A DNA stretch of 63,114 nt, filler included, from Octopus bimaculoides (taxonomy: Eukaryota), in the NCBI RefSeq assembly GCF_001194135.2. It is 7 parts of 6 records of this genome, joined end to end, with 100 filler letters (N's around TTAATTAATTAA, not from the genome) between each part and the next. Parts side by side here need not be neighbours in the genome. Positions count along the whole stretch, not along the records: positions 26,507 to 37,510 come from NC_068989.1; 6 more parts are not named here. One strand, 5' to 3'. Positions within the stretch are counted from its first letter, which is position 1. The number at the start of each line of letters is the position of its first letter. Of the stretch, positions 26,537 to 37,445 are shown in pieces. Below the pieces are notes generated by a model that worked only from the letters and a program-made list of their open reading frames with translations, did not search any database and had not been told where the DNA came from. Position numbers and translations under genes: made by a program.

Positions 26537-27790
26537 CTAGCAGAGACACCCAGTGTTGCTCGGGATTAAAATGGTATAGTTTGTATATAATATATTACAG
26601 TTATGTTGAAACAGGTGATATGGGAAAGTGCAGCATTGACTACAAAGCATTTGTGGAGTAAATGATGGGCTAATTTGACTAAGCAACATGCTATGCGTTT
26701 GTTTAGAGTATTTTAGGCCCTAACCTGTGGGTGTTATGTGATTTTTTAATGTACTGAGAAGCTGTCAGTGTATATAAAGGCAATTTGTGTTTAGCACACC
26801 AATTTGGACAGAGTTATCATTTTTATAAGAACGGGATCGATCATATCTGAAAACAGCTTCAGGAGTTATGAAGAATGAATTTGTACGTAGTCTGTTTCTG
26901 AGAGCTATTCTATTGGACCACTGTCTAATCATTAAAACATTGACTTAATGATCCAGCATTAAGTGCTGCAACATGCATTTGCTGATGTTGAGAAAATCTT
27001 ATTTAGCTTCTCTCTTCAGACTCTTGCTTTCGGTTTTCTACAATCCTCCTTGTTTTATACTTGTTTCTGGAGAGATTACGTCTTGTCTTTGGTGGCATAT
27101 TTTTCCTAATATTATAAACAAAAAATTATGAACATAGAAAGAATTTATACATTAATCCTTCCGATATTGTAAACAAAAAATTATGAACATAGAAAGAAAT
27201 TATACAATAATCCCTATTTTTGTAAGCAGTTGTATCCGTAAAAATTTTATTTCAAGAGAGCAGAAATTGAAAGAAGATAAGTGAAAAGAACAGAGAAAGA
27301 AAGTGAAAGATGTATGTACGCCTATATGAAATGGACGTGTGTGTGTGTGCTTGCATGCGTGCTTGCTTGTGTATATGTGAGAGAGAAAGAGGGTGAGAAA
27401 GAGAGATAGAGTGTGTGAAGGTGTGTGTTGTGATGATTGACATCTTTTAAGATACACACACATATAGAAAATGTGATGTAATAGTAAAAAATTTTTGTGA
27501 TAGTTGATTTATGGAAAAGATTATGTTAAACTTTTGAAATGCAAATATGTGAATGAAAATTAAGTTTAATTTGTAGCCAAAATAGTACTGAATCTTTCGA
27601 TACCCCATACGTCAAAATCTGTAACTCAGTTTTGGAAAGCATAAGGAATATATAATATCAATAAGGCAGTCCTCTAGATGGTAGCTAGACCTGGTAGAAA
27701 TAGCAGCCAAATCTCTCTCAAAACACCCTACTGTCTTAATCCGACTATTCTGCCTATTATGTAGTTTGAATGAGAAACTGTAACTAAAGA
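26537..27790 (-). mobile_element. Non-autonomous Helitron (copy 2) with a RepHel N-terminal remnant
   Basis: Minus-strand 3' end CCCGAGCAACACTGGG...CTAG|T. Internal MPPKTRRNLSRNKYKTRRIVENRKQESEERS* near 27005-27100. Shares blocks with copy 1. Confidence 0.7.
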
Positions 27791-27840
27791 TTTATGTATA
27801 TCTATATATATGTATCTATATATATGTATTTATATATGTA

Positions 27841-28005
27841 GTGAAGGCGCATGGCTCAGTGGTTAGAGCGTCAAGCTTATGATCGCAAGGTTGTGAGTTC
27901 GAATCTCGGACCGGGCTGCATGTTGTGTTCTTGAGCAAGACACTTTATTTCATGTTGCTCCAGTTCACTCAGCTGTAGAAATGAGTTGCGACATCACAGG
28001 TGCCA
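27841..28005 (+). mobile_element. tRNA-derived SINE (family D) 5' part
   Basis: TGGCTCAGTGGTTAGAGC (A box), GAGTTCGAATC (B box), then GTGTTCTTGAGCAAGACAC. Related minus copy at 52440-52576. Confidence 0.75.
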
Positions 28006-28742
28006 ATACATGTATGTATACATATATGTATATGTTTGTATGTATGTAAANNNNNNNNNNNNNNNNNNNNNNNNNNNNNNNNNNNNNNNNNNNNNNNNNN
28101 NNNNNNNNNNNNNNNNNNNNNNNNNNNNNNNNNNNNNNNNNNNNNNNNNNNNNNNNNNNNNNNNNNNNNNNNNNNNNNNNNNNNNNNNNNNNNNNNNNNN
28201 NNNNNNNNNNNNNNNNNNNNNNNNNNNNNNNNNNNNNNNNNNNNNNNNNNNNNNNNNNNNNNNNNNNNNNNNNNNNNNNNNNNNNNNNNNNNNNNNNNNN
28301 NNNNNNNNNNNNNNNNNNNNNNNNNNNNNNNNNNNNNNNNNNNNNNNNNNNNNNNNNNNNNNNNNNNNNNNNNNNNNNNNNNNNNNNNNNNNNNNNNNNN
28401 NNNNNNNNNNNNNNNNNNNNNNNNNNNNNNNNNNNNNNNNNNNNNNNNNNNNNNNNNNNNNNNNNNNNNNNNNNNNNNNNNNNNNNNNNNNNNNNNNNNN
28501 NNNNNNNNNNNNNNNNNNNNNNNNNNNNNNNNNNNNNNNNNNNNNNNNNNNNNNNNNNNNNNNNNNNNNNNNNNNNNNNNNNNNNNNNNNNNNNNNNNNN
28601 NNNNNNNNNNNNNNNNNNNNNNNNNNNNNNNNNNNNNNNNNNNNNNNNNNNNNNNNNNNNNNNNNNNNNNNNNNNNNNNNNNTATACATATAAATGTTTA
28701 TATATATACGTTTGTATAGATATGTAAATATATGCATGTACA

Positions 28743-28786
<44 letters not shown>

Positions 28787-29203
28787 TGTATATGTATATA
28801 TGTATATGTATGACAGGCTTCCATACAGTTTCTCTATACCAGTTCCACTCACACGGCATTGGCTGGACGAAAGCTACAGCAAACACACATGCCCAAGTTG
28901 CCATGCAGTGCCATAGAACTTGTGATTATTTGATTGCAAAGTCTATCACATATCCACACGACCATACTTGCACCTCATCAGATTGCTAGATTAAATAATT
29001 AACTCTTTCATCCTTGGCCATTACAATGTCTCACCTGTTATATACTTCATAACATGATAGCTTCACCATATTTATTTCATAGAAAAAGGTTTCTTATATT
29101 TATTTCCTTCAATGTCGCAATTCCAAAATTGAGTTTAATTATTTCATTATTGAAGGTAGATATTTTTTTTTATATTGATTCTGTTTTAATGTTCACCTTT
29201 CAG

Positions 29204-29241
29204 TTGAAACATACACCTAAAGATTTGGAAAAGTTGAAAGA
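29204..29241 (+). CDS. CCDC61: Short coding exon (LKHTPKDLEKLK-), probably of the CCDC61-like gene
   Basis: Pyrimidine tract plus CAG acceptor ending 29203, strong GTAAGT donor at 29242, open 38-nt exon. It ends in phase 2 (GA), and the first base (T) of the 35210 exon completes GAT. It lies in the same gap-bounded block as that exon. Confidence 0.6.
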
Positions 29242-29307
29242 GTAAGTATTACCTTCATGTACTTTATATAAAAATCAGCTATTTTATGTATTCCGCATTC
29301 TTAAAGA

Positions 29308-29460
29308 CACAGGTGTGGCTGTGTGGTAAGAAGTTTGCTTTCCAACAACATGGGCCCAGGTTCCGTCCCTCTGTGTGGCACTTTAAGTGCCTTCTACTAT
29401 ACCTTGGGCTGACCAAATCATTGTGAGAGGATTTGATAGATGGAAACTGACAGAGGCCCT
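29308..29460 (+). mobile_element. SINE family B 5' fragment
   Basis: Matches the head of 53070-53480. Confidence 0.75.
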
Positions 29461-29493
29461 TCAAATATCTGTCTGTCTGTCTGTCGGTCTCTA

Positions 29494-29540
<47 letters not shown>

Positions 29541-29669
29541 ACATACATACATATACATGTCGCGTCACTCCATTGGTATGACGACGAGGGTTCCAGTTGA
29601 TCCGATCAAAAGAATAGCCTGCTTGTGAAATATATATATTTATTATATATATTATATATATATTATATA

Positions 29670-30265
29670 CAGGGTCCGCCATAAGTAACTATATATTTTC
29701 TTTTGCTTATAACTTTGTTGATACTTATTCAATTTTTCTATTTCATATGTCATTTGAAAGCTGAAATCTTATATTTTTATTTCTTTTTTTTTCCCCTATT
29801 TCAGATATACTGTTATATTGATTATGTCCACCTGATTAACAAAAGAGCAAAAGATTGCGGTTTTGAAATGGTTCTGCACAAAGTTATCTGGCAGCTCGAA
29901 TTTGTTCCTTAAGTTCAGCAATGTTGCGGGGCTTTGTTGAGTAGACATTCTCTTTGAGAACGCCCCACAGGAAAAAGACGGGTGGGGTCAAATCCGGCGA
30001 ACGAGATGGCCACTCAAGTGGTCCTCACCTGCCAATCCATCGACAGGGCAGGTTGGCGTCCAGCCAGTCTCACACAACCGTAGCATAATGGGCTGATGCC
30101 CCGTCCTGCTGAAAGTACTGACCCTCTGCTCCATCCTGCTGTTGTAATGCAGCTTCTGTAGCATAGCCAGATAGCTTTGTGCAGAACCATTTCAAAACCG
30201 CAATCATGCTGATGCACTGCCATTTTGCAACACTTTTATTTCTGAGATCCTCCTCCAATTTGTGG
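29670..30265. mobile_element. Rearranged Tc1/mariner (maT/DD37D-like) non-autonomous element
   Basis: TA|CAGGGTCCGCC end. Plus strand reads MST*LTKEQKIAVLKWF. Minus strand reads FQQDGASAHYA...WPSRSPDLTP..FFLWGVLKENVY. Confidence 0.8.
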
Positions 30266-31867
30266 CCCTTGGTGAAGAATGGAGTTTGATGTAGCTACCC
30301 TCATTTGCACCTCTTGCCGTGAGGTAGGTTCATCTGGGACTCTCAACAGGAAGAGGTCCAGCTTTGATTTAAAAACGCCTACATCTACTTTGTGCAGGTT
30401 CCTCAAGCCCTTTGGGAGAATATTAAAAAGCTGTGGGCCCCTGAAACCCAGGCTGTTGCAGTAACTGGTCCTGAAGTGCGATGGCATTGCTGGGATCTTT
30501 GGCACTATGCAGTGTCGTCCCGTTCTGGCATTGGCGAAGAAGATATACTACTAGCCATAGATGAAGTGGATGCAAACTCAACTGCTGGTCCTGATGGTTT
30601 CCCAGCAATCCTCCTCAAATCGTGTAAGCATGCCCTGGAAAAACCCCTCCAGATTCTCTTCCAGAGCTTTCTTGCAAATGGCAGACTGCCAAGCAAGCTG
30701 AAGGAGGGTATAATATTCCCAATCCATAAAGGGGTAAGCAGAGCAGATGCCAAAAACTATAGGCCTATCTCTCTGATTCACACATCAGCAAAGTCATGGA
30801 ATAGATAGTCAGAGGGAAACTAATCACATTCCTTGAAGAAAATAACTTGCTGAGTGATACCCAGCATGGCTTTCAACCAGGTAGGAGCTGCCTGACCCAG
30901 CTCTTACAACATTATGATTGGGTGTTGAGGCAGTTGCTCAACAACTCAAATGTGGATGTAATATACCTTGATTTTGCAAAAGCTTTTAACAAGGTGGATC
31001 ATGGTATGATATGCCACAAACTGTGTGATCTCGGCATAGTTGGAAAACTTGGAGAGTGGTTACATGACTTTCTGATAGATAGAAGTCAGACAGTAGTGGC
31101 TAATGGAGCCACCTCTATGAAAACTCAAATAGTGAGCGGTGTTCCACAGGGCACTGTCTTGAGACCACTGCTTTTTATAGTGGCCCTCTCAGATATGCCC
31201 TCAAGTGCCTTGATAGCCACCCTTGCAAGCTACACAGACGATACGAAAGTCTTGCAGAAAATACAGAACCCCAGCGATGTTGCACATCTGCAGCAGGAGT
31301 TGGACTCAATTTACAGATGGGCTGAGGATAATAATATGCAGTTTAATGCTGAAAAATTCCAAGCCCTGCGTTACCAACGTCCAAAACTGAATATGAAACT
31401 TACAGAGTACACTGGTCCACAGGGAATTTCAATCCCAGAGCCTAAATCAGTGAGGGACCTTGATATCGACATGTGCACTTTCCAAGTGCACATTACCAGG
31501 ATGGTGACAAAGTGCAGACGACTGGCTGGCTGGATCCTGAGAACATTCAGAACCAGAGATAAGGAAACCATGATGGTCCTCTGGAGGACATTCGTACTCA
31601 GCTGCCTGGATTACTGCTCACAGCTATGGTCACCCACCAGTGTGAAATTAACAGCGGACCTTGAAGCAATCCAGAGAAGATTCACAAAGAAGATTGTCTC
31701 TTTGCAACTTCTCAGCTACTGGGAAAGGCTGAAACAGTGAAGACTCTACTTCCTGGAGAGAAGGCAGGAGAGGTATGCAGTAATATACATCTGGAAGATC
31801 CTGGAAGGAATTGTGCCAAATTTTGGCATTGAAAGCTACACCAATGCCAAAACGGGACAACACTGCA
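30266..31867. mobile_element. CR1-like LINE copy 1 (ORF2 RT region on +, 3' ORF2 piece on -)
   Basis: ORF 30847-31740: QHGF..GRSCLTQLL, DVIYLDFAKAF, GVPQGTVL.PLLF, YTDD. The minus piece 30266-30534 encodes the continuation PKIP..FRTSYCNSLGFRGPQLFN. Confidence 0.92.
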
Positions 31868-31878
31868 GAGACTTGATG

Positions 31879-33580
31879 TTCTTTTATTCTTTTATATGTT
31901 TCACCCTTGAGGCTGCAGCCATTTTGGTGCACCACCAGTGTAATCACTTTTTAATTGGCCAATTCTATGGGATTGGCTTTTGGTGAAGAAGGGAGTTCGA
32001 TACTGCTTCTCGTTTTTGAGTTTCCTGCCTTGATATTGATTCATCTGGGATCTTGGATAGTAAGAGGTCTAGCTGTTTCTTGAAGACATCTACTCCCACT
32101 CCATGGAGATCCCTCAGATATTTTGGTAAGGAGTTAAATAGCTGTGGAGTTAAATAGGTGTTAAATGGCCTTGAATCCCAATCTATTGTCATACATGTTC
32201 CTTGCCTTAGATGAGACAGCTGGGACTTTTGGAACAGCGCAGTGACATCCGTTTTGAGGTCTGGTATAACTCTGAATTCCAAATTTGGTGCCAGCCCCTC
32301 CAGTGTCTTCCACATATATATCATTGCATCCCTCTCCCGTTTTTGCTCCAGGAAGTAAAGTCATGGCTCTTTCAGTCTCTCCCAGTAGTTCAGCTGTCTC
32401 ATTGATGCAATCTTCCTTGTGTAGTATCGCTGAACTACCTCAAGTTCTGCTATTAATCCTACAGTGTAAGGTGACCACAGTTGAGGACAAATGTCCTCTA
32501 TAGGATCAGCATAGTTTCCTAGTCCCTTGTTCTGAAGGTTCTCAGCATCCATCGGGCCATTCACCTGCACACTGCCACTGTCTTGGTGACATGCATGTCA
32601 AATGAGGCATTGTTGCTCATATCAATATCAAGATTGCTGCTCCTTTTGGTCCAAAGTATCGTTGTTGTGACTTCTGAGGGCTTGGAATTTGCATGTTATT
32701 GTTCTTAGCCCATTTATATATGGCATCTAGGTCTTTCTGTTGAGGATTAGCATCAGAAGATTCCTTGACTGCTTGTACTACTTTTGTGTCATTGGCATAG
32801 CTAGTAAGTATGGCCATCTGTGTAACTGATGACATGTCTGAAAGAGCCACCATGAACAGTAGTGGCCCCAATACAATTCCCCGAGGCACTCCACTTTCTA
32901 TTCATGTTTCCATGGAGAGGGCTTTGTTAGCTGCTACAGCCTGGCTTCTGTCTTTTAAGAAATCATGCAACCACTCTCCAATTTTCCCAGTTATGCCCAG
33001 TCTCCGTAGTTTGTGACATATCATCCCATGATCAACCTTATCAAAGGCCTTTGCAAAGTCAAGATATATCACATCTACATTTGAACGACTCATTGTTTCA
33101 ACACCCAGTCATAGTATTGCAAAAGCTGTGTAAGGCAGCTTCTGCCTAAGTGAAACCATGCTGGATGTCAGGAAGCAAACCATTATCTTCAAGGAATGCA
33201 ATTAGTTTCTTCCTTACAGTGCGCTCCATAACTTTGCTGATATGGGAAGTTAGAGAGAGAGGTTTATAATTCTTAGTGTCTGCCCTGCTATCTCCCTTAT
33301 GGATAGGGCATATAATGCCTTCGTTTAACTTTTTGGGAAGTCTCCCTGTTGTGAGGAAGCTCTGGAAGAGAATCTGAAGTGGTCTAGCTAGAGCCCCTTT
33401 GCATTTCTTTTTGAGAACTACTGGGAATCCATCAGGTCCTGTTGCTGATTTTGAGCTCATCTCATCAATGGCTGATATCACATCAGTTTCCTCTATTTTG
33501 ATGCTATCAATAATTGCCATTTTGTTGTGTAGATCTGTGGATCCAAAGAACTCATCAGGCATAGCTACTTGCAAGTGTCC
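31879..33580 (-). mobile_element. CR1-like LINE copy 2, 5'-truncated and frameshifted, with 3' tail
   Basis: ORF pieces 33146-33574, 32902-33093, 32617-32889, 32361-32570 and 31965-32364 cover the same RT region. Tail ends TAAAAGAATAAAAGAA. Confidence 0.92.
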
Positions 33581-33589
33581 CAGTGGAGT

Positions 33590-33808
33590 GGTTTGTTTCT
33601 GTGTTTGTCCCCTATCACTGCGTGACAGCTGGTGTTGGTGTGTTTATGTCCCTGTAACTTAGCAGTTTAGCAAAAGAGACCAATATAATAAGTACTGGGC
33701 TTTAAAAATAAGTCCTGGGGTCAATTCATTCGATTGAAACCCTTCAAGGCGATGCTCCAGCTTGGCTGCAGTCAAAATGATTGAAACATGTAAATGATAA
33801 AAGATAAA
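33590..33808 (+). mobile_element. SINE family B 3' half
   Basis: Matches 53270-53470. Confidence 0.75.
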
Positions 33809-33879
33809 ATATGTATTTACATATGTAAAACATGTATTTTATTGTGATAAGTGGAGAAGGTTAAATGTCTCAGGGCTGT

Positions 33880-34510
33880 ATTCATGAGTGATTGCAAGTA
33901 GGGGCCTGAATTGGATGCTAGAATTGGTGGTGCTGGTACAGTATTGTACCAACTTTAGCATTCAATATGGAGGAGAGGTTGGTAAAAAAGTCAAACTTGC
34001 TAGCTTCAGTTTTGTTTTTGTGTCTCTTCTCACCTATGGTCATGAATGTTGGGTAATGGTTGAAAGAGTACAACCACAATTGTTGTTGTTGGCACTCCGT
34101 CGCTTACGACGTCGAGGGTTCCAGTTGATCCGATCAACGGAACAGCCTGCTCGTGAAATTAATGTGCAAGTGGCTGAGCACTCCACAGATATGTGTACCC
34201 TTAACATAGTTCTCGGGGAGATTCAGCGTGACACAGTGTGACAAGGCTGACCCTTTGAATTACAGGCACAACAGAAACAGGAAATAAGAGTGAGAGAAAG
34301 TTGTGATGGAAGAGCACAGCAGGGTTCGCCACCATCCCCTGCCGGAGCCTTGTGGAGCTTTAGGTGTTTTTGCTCAATAAACACTCACAACGCCCGGTCT
34401 GGGAATCAAAACCGCGATCCTATGAATGCGAGTCCGCTGCCATTGTGCCTCCACTACAACCACAGTTACTAACAGCTGAAATGGGGTTCCTATGAAGATT
34501 TCTGGTCTAA
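33880..34510 (+). mobile_element. RTE remnant interrupted by a SINE C insertion
   Basis: Removing the SINE restores VFVSLLTYGHECWVMVERVQPQLLTAEMGFL, an RTE LTYG.E.W motif. Confidence 0.7.
34079..34454 (-). mobile_element. SINE family C, full length
   Basis: Perfect 10-bp TSD TACAACCACA (34069-34078, 34455-34464). Near-identical to 41733-42124. Confidence 0.92.
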
Positions 34511-35209
34511 TGTTATTTGACAAGGTACTAATTGAATGGTTAGCGTGGGTAACCAGCTTGTGTAAATAATGAGTTCTACTTGAATGGTGGGTAGTTAGTG
34601 TAAATAATGGGTGGTAGCTGAATTGTAGGTCATCATCATTTAATGTCCATTTTCCATGCTGATGTGAGTAGGATGATTGACAGACATCAACAAGCTGGAT
34701 GCCTTTCCTAATGCCAACTACCTTACAATAGGCTATTGGATGCTTATTTCATGATACTGATACTAGGGAGAAGGAAAGAGAAGCCTCCTTAATCCAATGG
34801 AGTTGTAGTAGAGGAGGAGGTGGTTTTGTACCAGGTGTTGAGAGGGTAAATTATGATAGAGTGACAGTCACATGCATCTTGCTATAGAAGAAATAAATGG
34901 CTGTCTTTCATTGCATATGGTTGGGTTAGGAGCACTTGGAAAGAAGACAATGATGATGAGTTGCTAGTGTAAATAATGTGTAATTTGTGAATAGTGGACT
35001 GCTAGTGTAAATAATGGATACACAACATATATAACAGGACTTAGTGCAGAATGACAAGAAGGCAGAAGATGAGGAAAGAAGCCAAAATGTCCATGATATA
35101 GTACAAAGTGGATTTCATGAAATAATTAACTTTTCTACATCCAATGTAAAGGAGCAAAGGTAATACTTAAAATTCACTCAACCAACCTATTGATTTTTAT
35201 TTTCTTCAG

Positions 35210-35468
35210 TTACAGAGCGGAAGTGCCAGATAATGAAGAACTAGCTGTTAACTGGGCAAATTACCAGTTGGAGAAAGCAGCAGGTCTCAATGGCAACAAT
35301 GCCCTTAAGGAGATCTCATCACAGAAGAATGTCAATGGTGCCAAAAAAGAAACTACTCTTTTAAAGTCAGTCATCAAAAAACTAGAAATGGAATTGTTGA
35401 AAGAGAAGACACTGCATCAGCGCATTGTTCGCAAGAAAACTCAAGAACTTTGTGAGTTGCAACAAGAG
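35210..35468 (+). CDS. CCDC61: Coding exon of a CCDC61/VFL3-like centriolar coiled-coil protein
   Basis: TTTTCTTCAG acceptor, GAG|GTATTC donor, no stops. The peptide AKKETTLLKSVIKKLEMELLKEKTLHQRIVRKKTQELCELQQE aligns without gaps to the human CCDC61 segment as I recall it (ARQEAEALRGLVRGLELELRQERGLGHRVAGRRGQDCRRLAKE). Other exons were not found in the window. Confidence 0.75.
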
Positions 35469-35659
35469 GTATTCATAAGTGAATTTTATTTTTATTGTCA
35501 TTATCTGAAGTATGCATTCACTAAAATATCTTCTTTAAGTGGTTGCAACTGTGATGCATTTCAGAATGTTATGTCAGGATTCTGGCCTGGAGTGTTTTAA
35601 GAAATTTCAAAGCATTTAGTAATTGAGTATTTGAACGTCAATTAGGCTAGCTTTCTTTG

Positions 35660-36000
35660 GAATATGTGTAGAGAGTATGCCTCTCTATGGAGTAAAAACC
35701 TGGACTATGAAGAAGGTACTTGATACTATGTATACAAGGCTTCTTGTGAGGGCTCAATCCATCTCATGGCATAGGCATAAGACTAAAGGGGAGATTTATT
35801 GACACATTCCACCAATGTACTATTATTGGTCAATTCAGGGTTAGCTTTGCTGGCCAATGTTGTCATCAGGCCATATCAGAAGTTGTATTTTGGAGACTTC
35901 CACACTCTAATGGAAGATGAGAAACTACTCAACTACATTGATGTTATTGGCAGGCATGCACTACATGAAATTGAGGTCCTACCAAATCTAATAGGGGACA
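35660..36000 (+). mobile_element. RTE-like LINE 3' remnant
   Basis: ESMPLYGVKTWTMKKVLDTMYTRLLVRAQSISW resembles the RTE post-RT motif ESILLYG.ETW...LDG.YTRLLR. Confidence 0.6.
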
Positions 36001-36479
36001 GATTCACTAAAGTATATTATACATTCACTTAGTTTTTCTGTTTTGCTTTTTAAAACTTTTTTTAATGAATTTTGCTAATTTTTCATAATTACAATTTGTA
36101 AAAAAAATATTGTCATTGATATGGCATAGTAAGCTCATTATTTTAACATCCACTTTTCTCTGCTGGGTATGGTAGTTGGATGAGACTTTTTCAGGCAATG
36201 TTTTACAGATGGATGCTTTTCCTGATACCAACTATTTTACTCACTTCTGATGACAGGCAGTGATATGGTGTACCTATTCTAGTAGCAAAGATAATCATCA
36301 ACATCATTGTCATTGTTTTAATGTCCACTTTTTCATGTTTGTATTGGTCTGACAATTCGACTGGGCATGTTTTCATGGAAGATTGAAAAGAAATGACCCA
36401 GTTTGTATGATAGTAACACTCATTTCCAACTGTTATACAGTATGAAAATGAGGAGTCAGAAACACTTGCATGCATGACA

Positions 36480-36626
36480 AGCTTCTTCCAGTTTCCATCT
36501 ACCAGATCCATTTACAAAGCTTTGATTGGCTTGGGGCTGTAATAGAAGACATTTGTCTAAGGTAGCCCACATAGTGGTACTGAACCAGAAACCATATTTT
36601 TAACCACACAATCATACCTGTGCCTG
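36480..36626 (-). mobile_element. SINE family B 5' fragment
   Basis: Reverse-complement match to the family B head. Confidence 0.65.
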
Positions 36627-36710
36627 CAATTGAATCTAAAAGATATTTCAAAAAAATTTTGTATGGCATGAGGTCATATGGAATATATATTATTTACAGA
36701 TAATCTAATA

Positions 36711-36966
36711 CAGTGGTCCCTAAACTTTTTCAGCCCCCCCCCCATCCCATCCCGGCCAACTCATCACCACAAACATGGCCCACTTTCTGCAGCAAATTCA
36801 AAACAATAGTATTCCACATATGAAACTTAACATAATTAACTCATTATTTTGTTGTTTTTACATCTTTTGGCCACAAACCCCCATGATTGTTCAGCTTTTC
36901 TTCAATGATCCCTGGATCTTTCCACTATCCCCAGTGGGGCAGTACTACCCACTTTGGGAACCACTG
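36711..36966. mobile_element. hAT (Charlie-type) MITE
   Basis: TIRs CAGTGGTCCCTAAAC / CTTTGGGAACCACTG. The 8-bp flanks ATCTAATA / TGCTAATG are only partly conserved. Confidence 0.7.
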
Positions 36967-37198
36967 TGCTAATGCTATTTTAGTAGAGTATCTGATCTGA
37001 GAATGGTAGCCATCACATTAATTTACAATTTGCTTAGCACTGTCATCATTTAGCCTTTATGCACCACAGAGATGTTTCAAATTGCTGAGATGTGCCAGGG
37101 ATGGAATACAAACTTTTGACTTTTTTTACTGAGAAGTTGTTACTTTATCCATATAACCATTGTAAATTCCCTTCGTAACGTAAAATGTGTATACATAT

Positions 37199-37353
37199 AG
37201 GCACAGGCATGGCTGTGTGGTAATAACCATGCTTCGTAACCACATGGTTCCAGATTCAGTCCCACTGCATGAAACCGCGAGCAAATGTCTTCTACTATAG
37301 CCTCAGGCCGACCAAAGCCTTGTGGGTGGATTTGATAGACAGAAACTGAAAGA
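37199..37353 (+). mobile_element. SINE family B 5' half
   Basis: Matches the head of 53070-53480. Confidence 0.8.
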
Positions 37354-37355
37354 TC

Positions 37356-37445
<90 letters not shown>

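Noticed and set aside
27845-27915. tRNA-gene-like sequences (also ~41735 and ~52500)
   Set aside because: A/B boxes are present but there is no acceptor stem closure, and they run into SINE bodies that recur in the window.
30847-31740. Active reverse transcriptase gene
   Set aside because: There is no endonuclease or ORF1, a frameshift lies upstream, it stops prematurely at 31740, YADD is altered to YTDD, and the segment is inverted.
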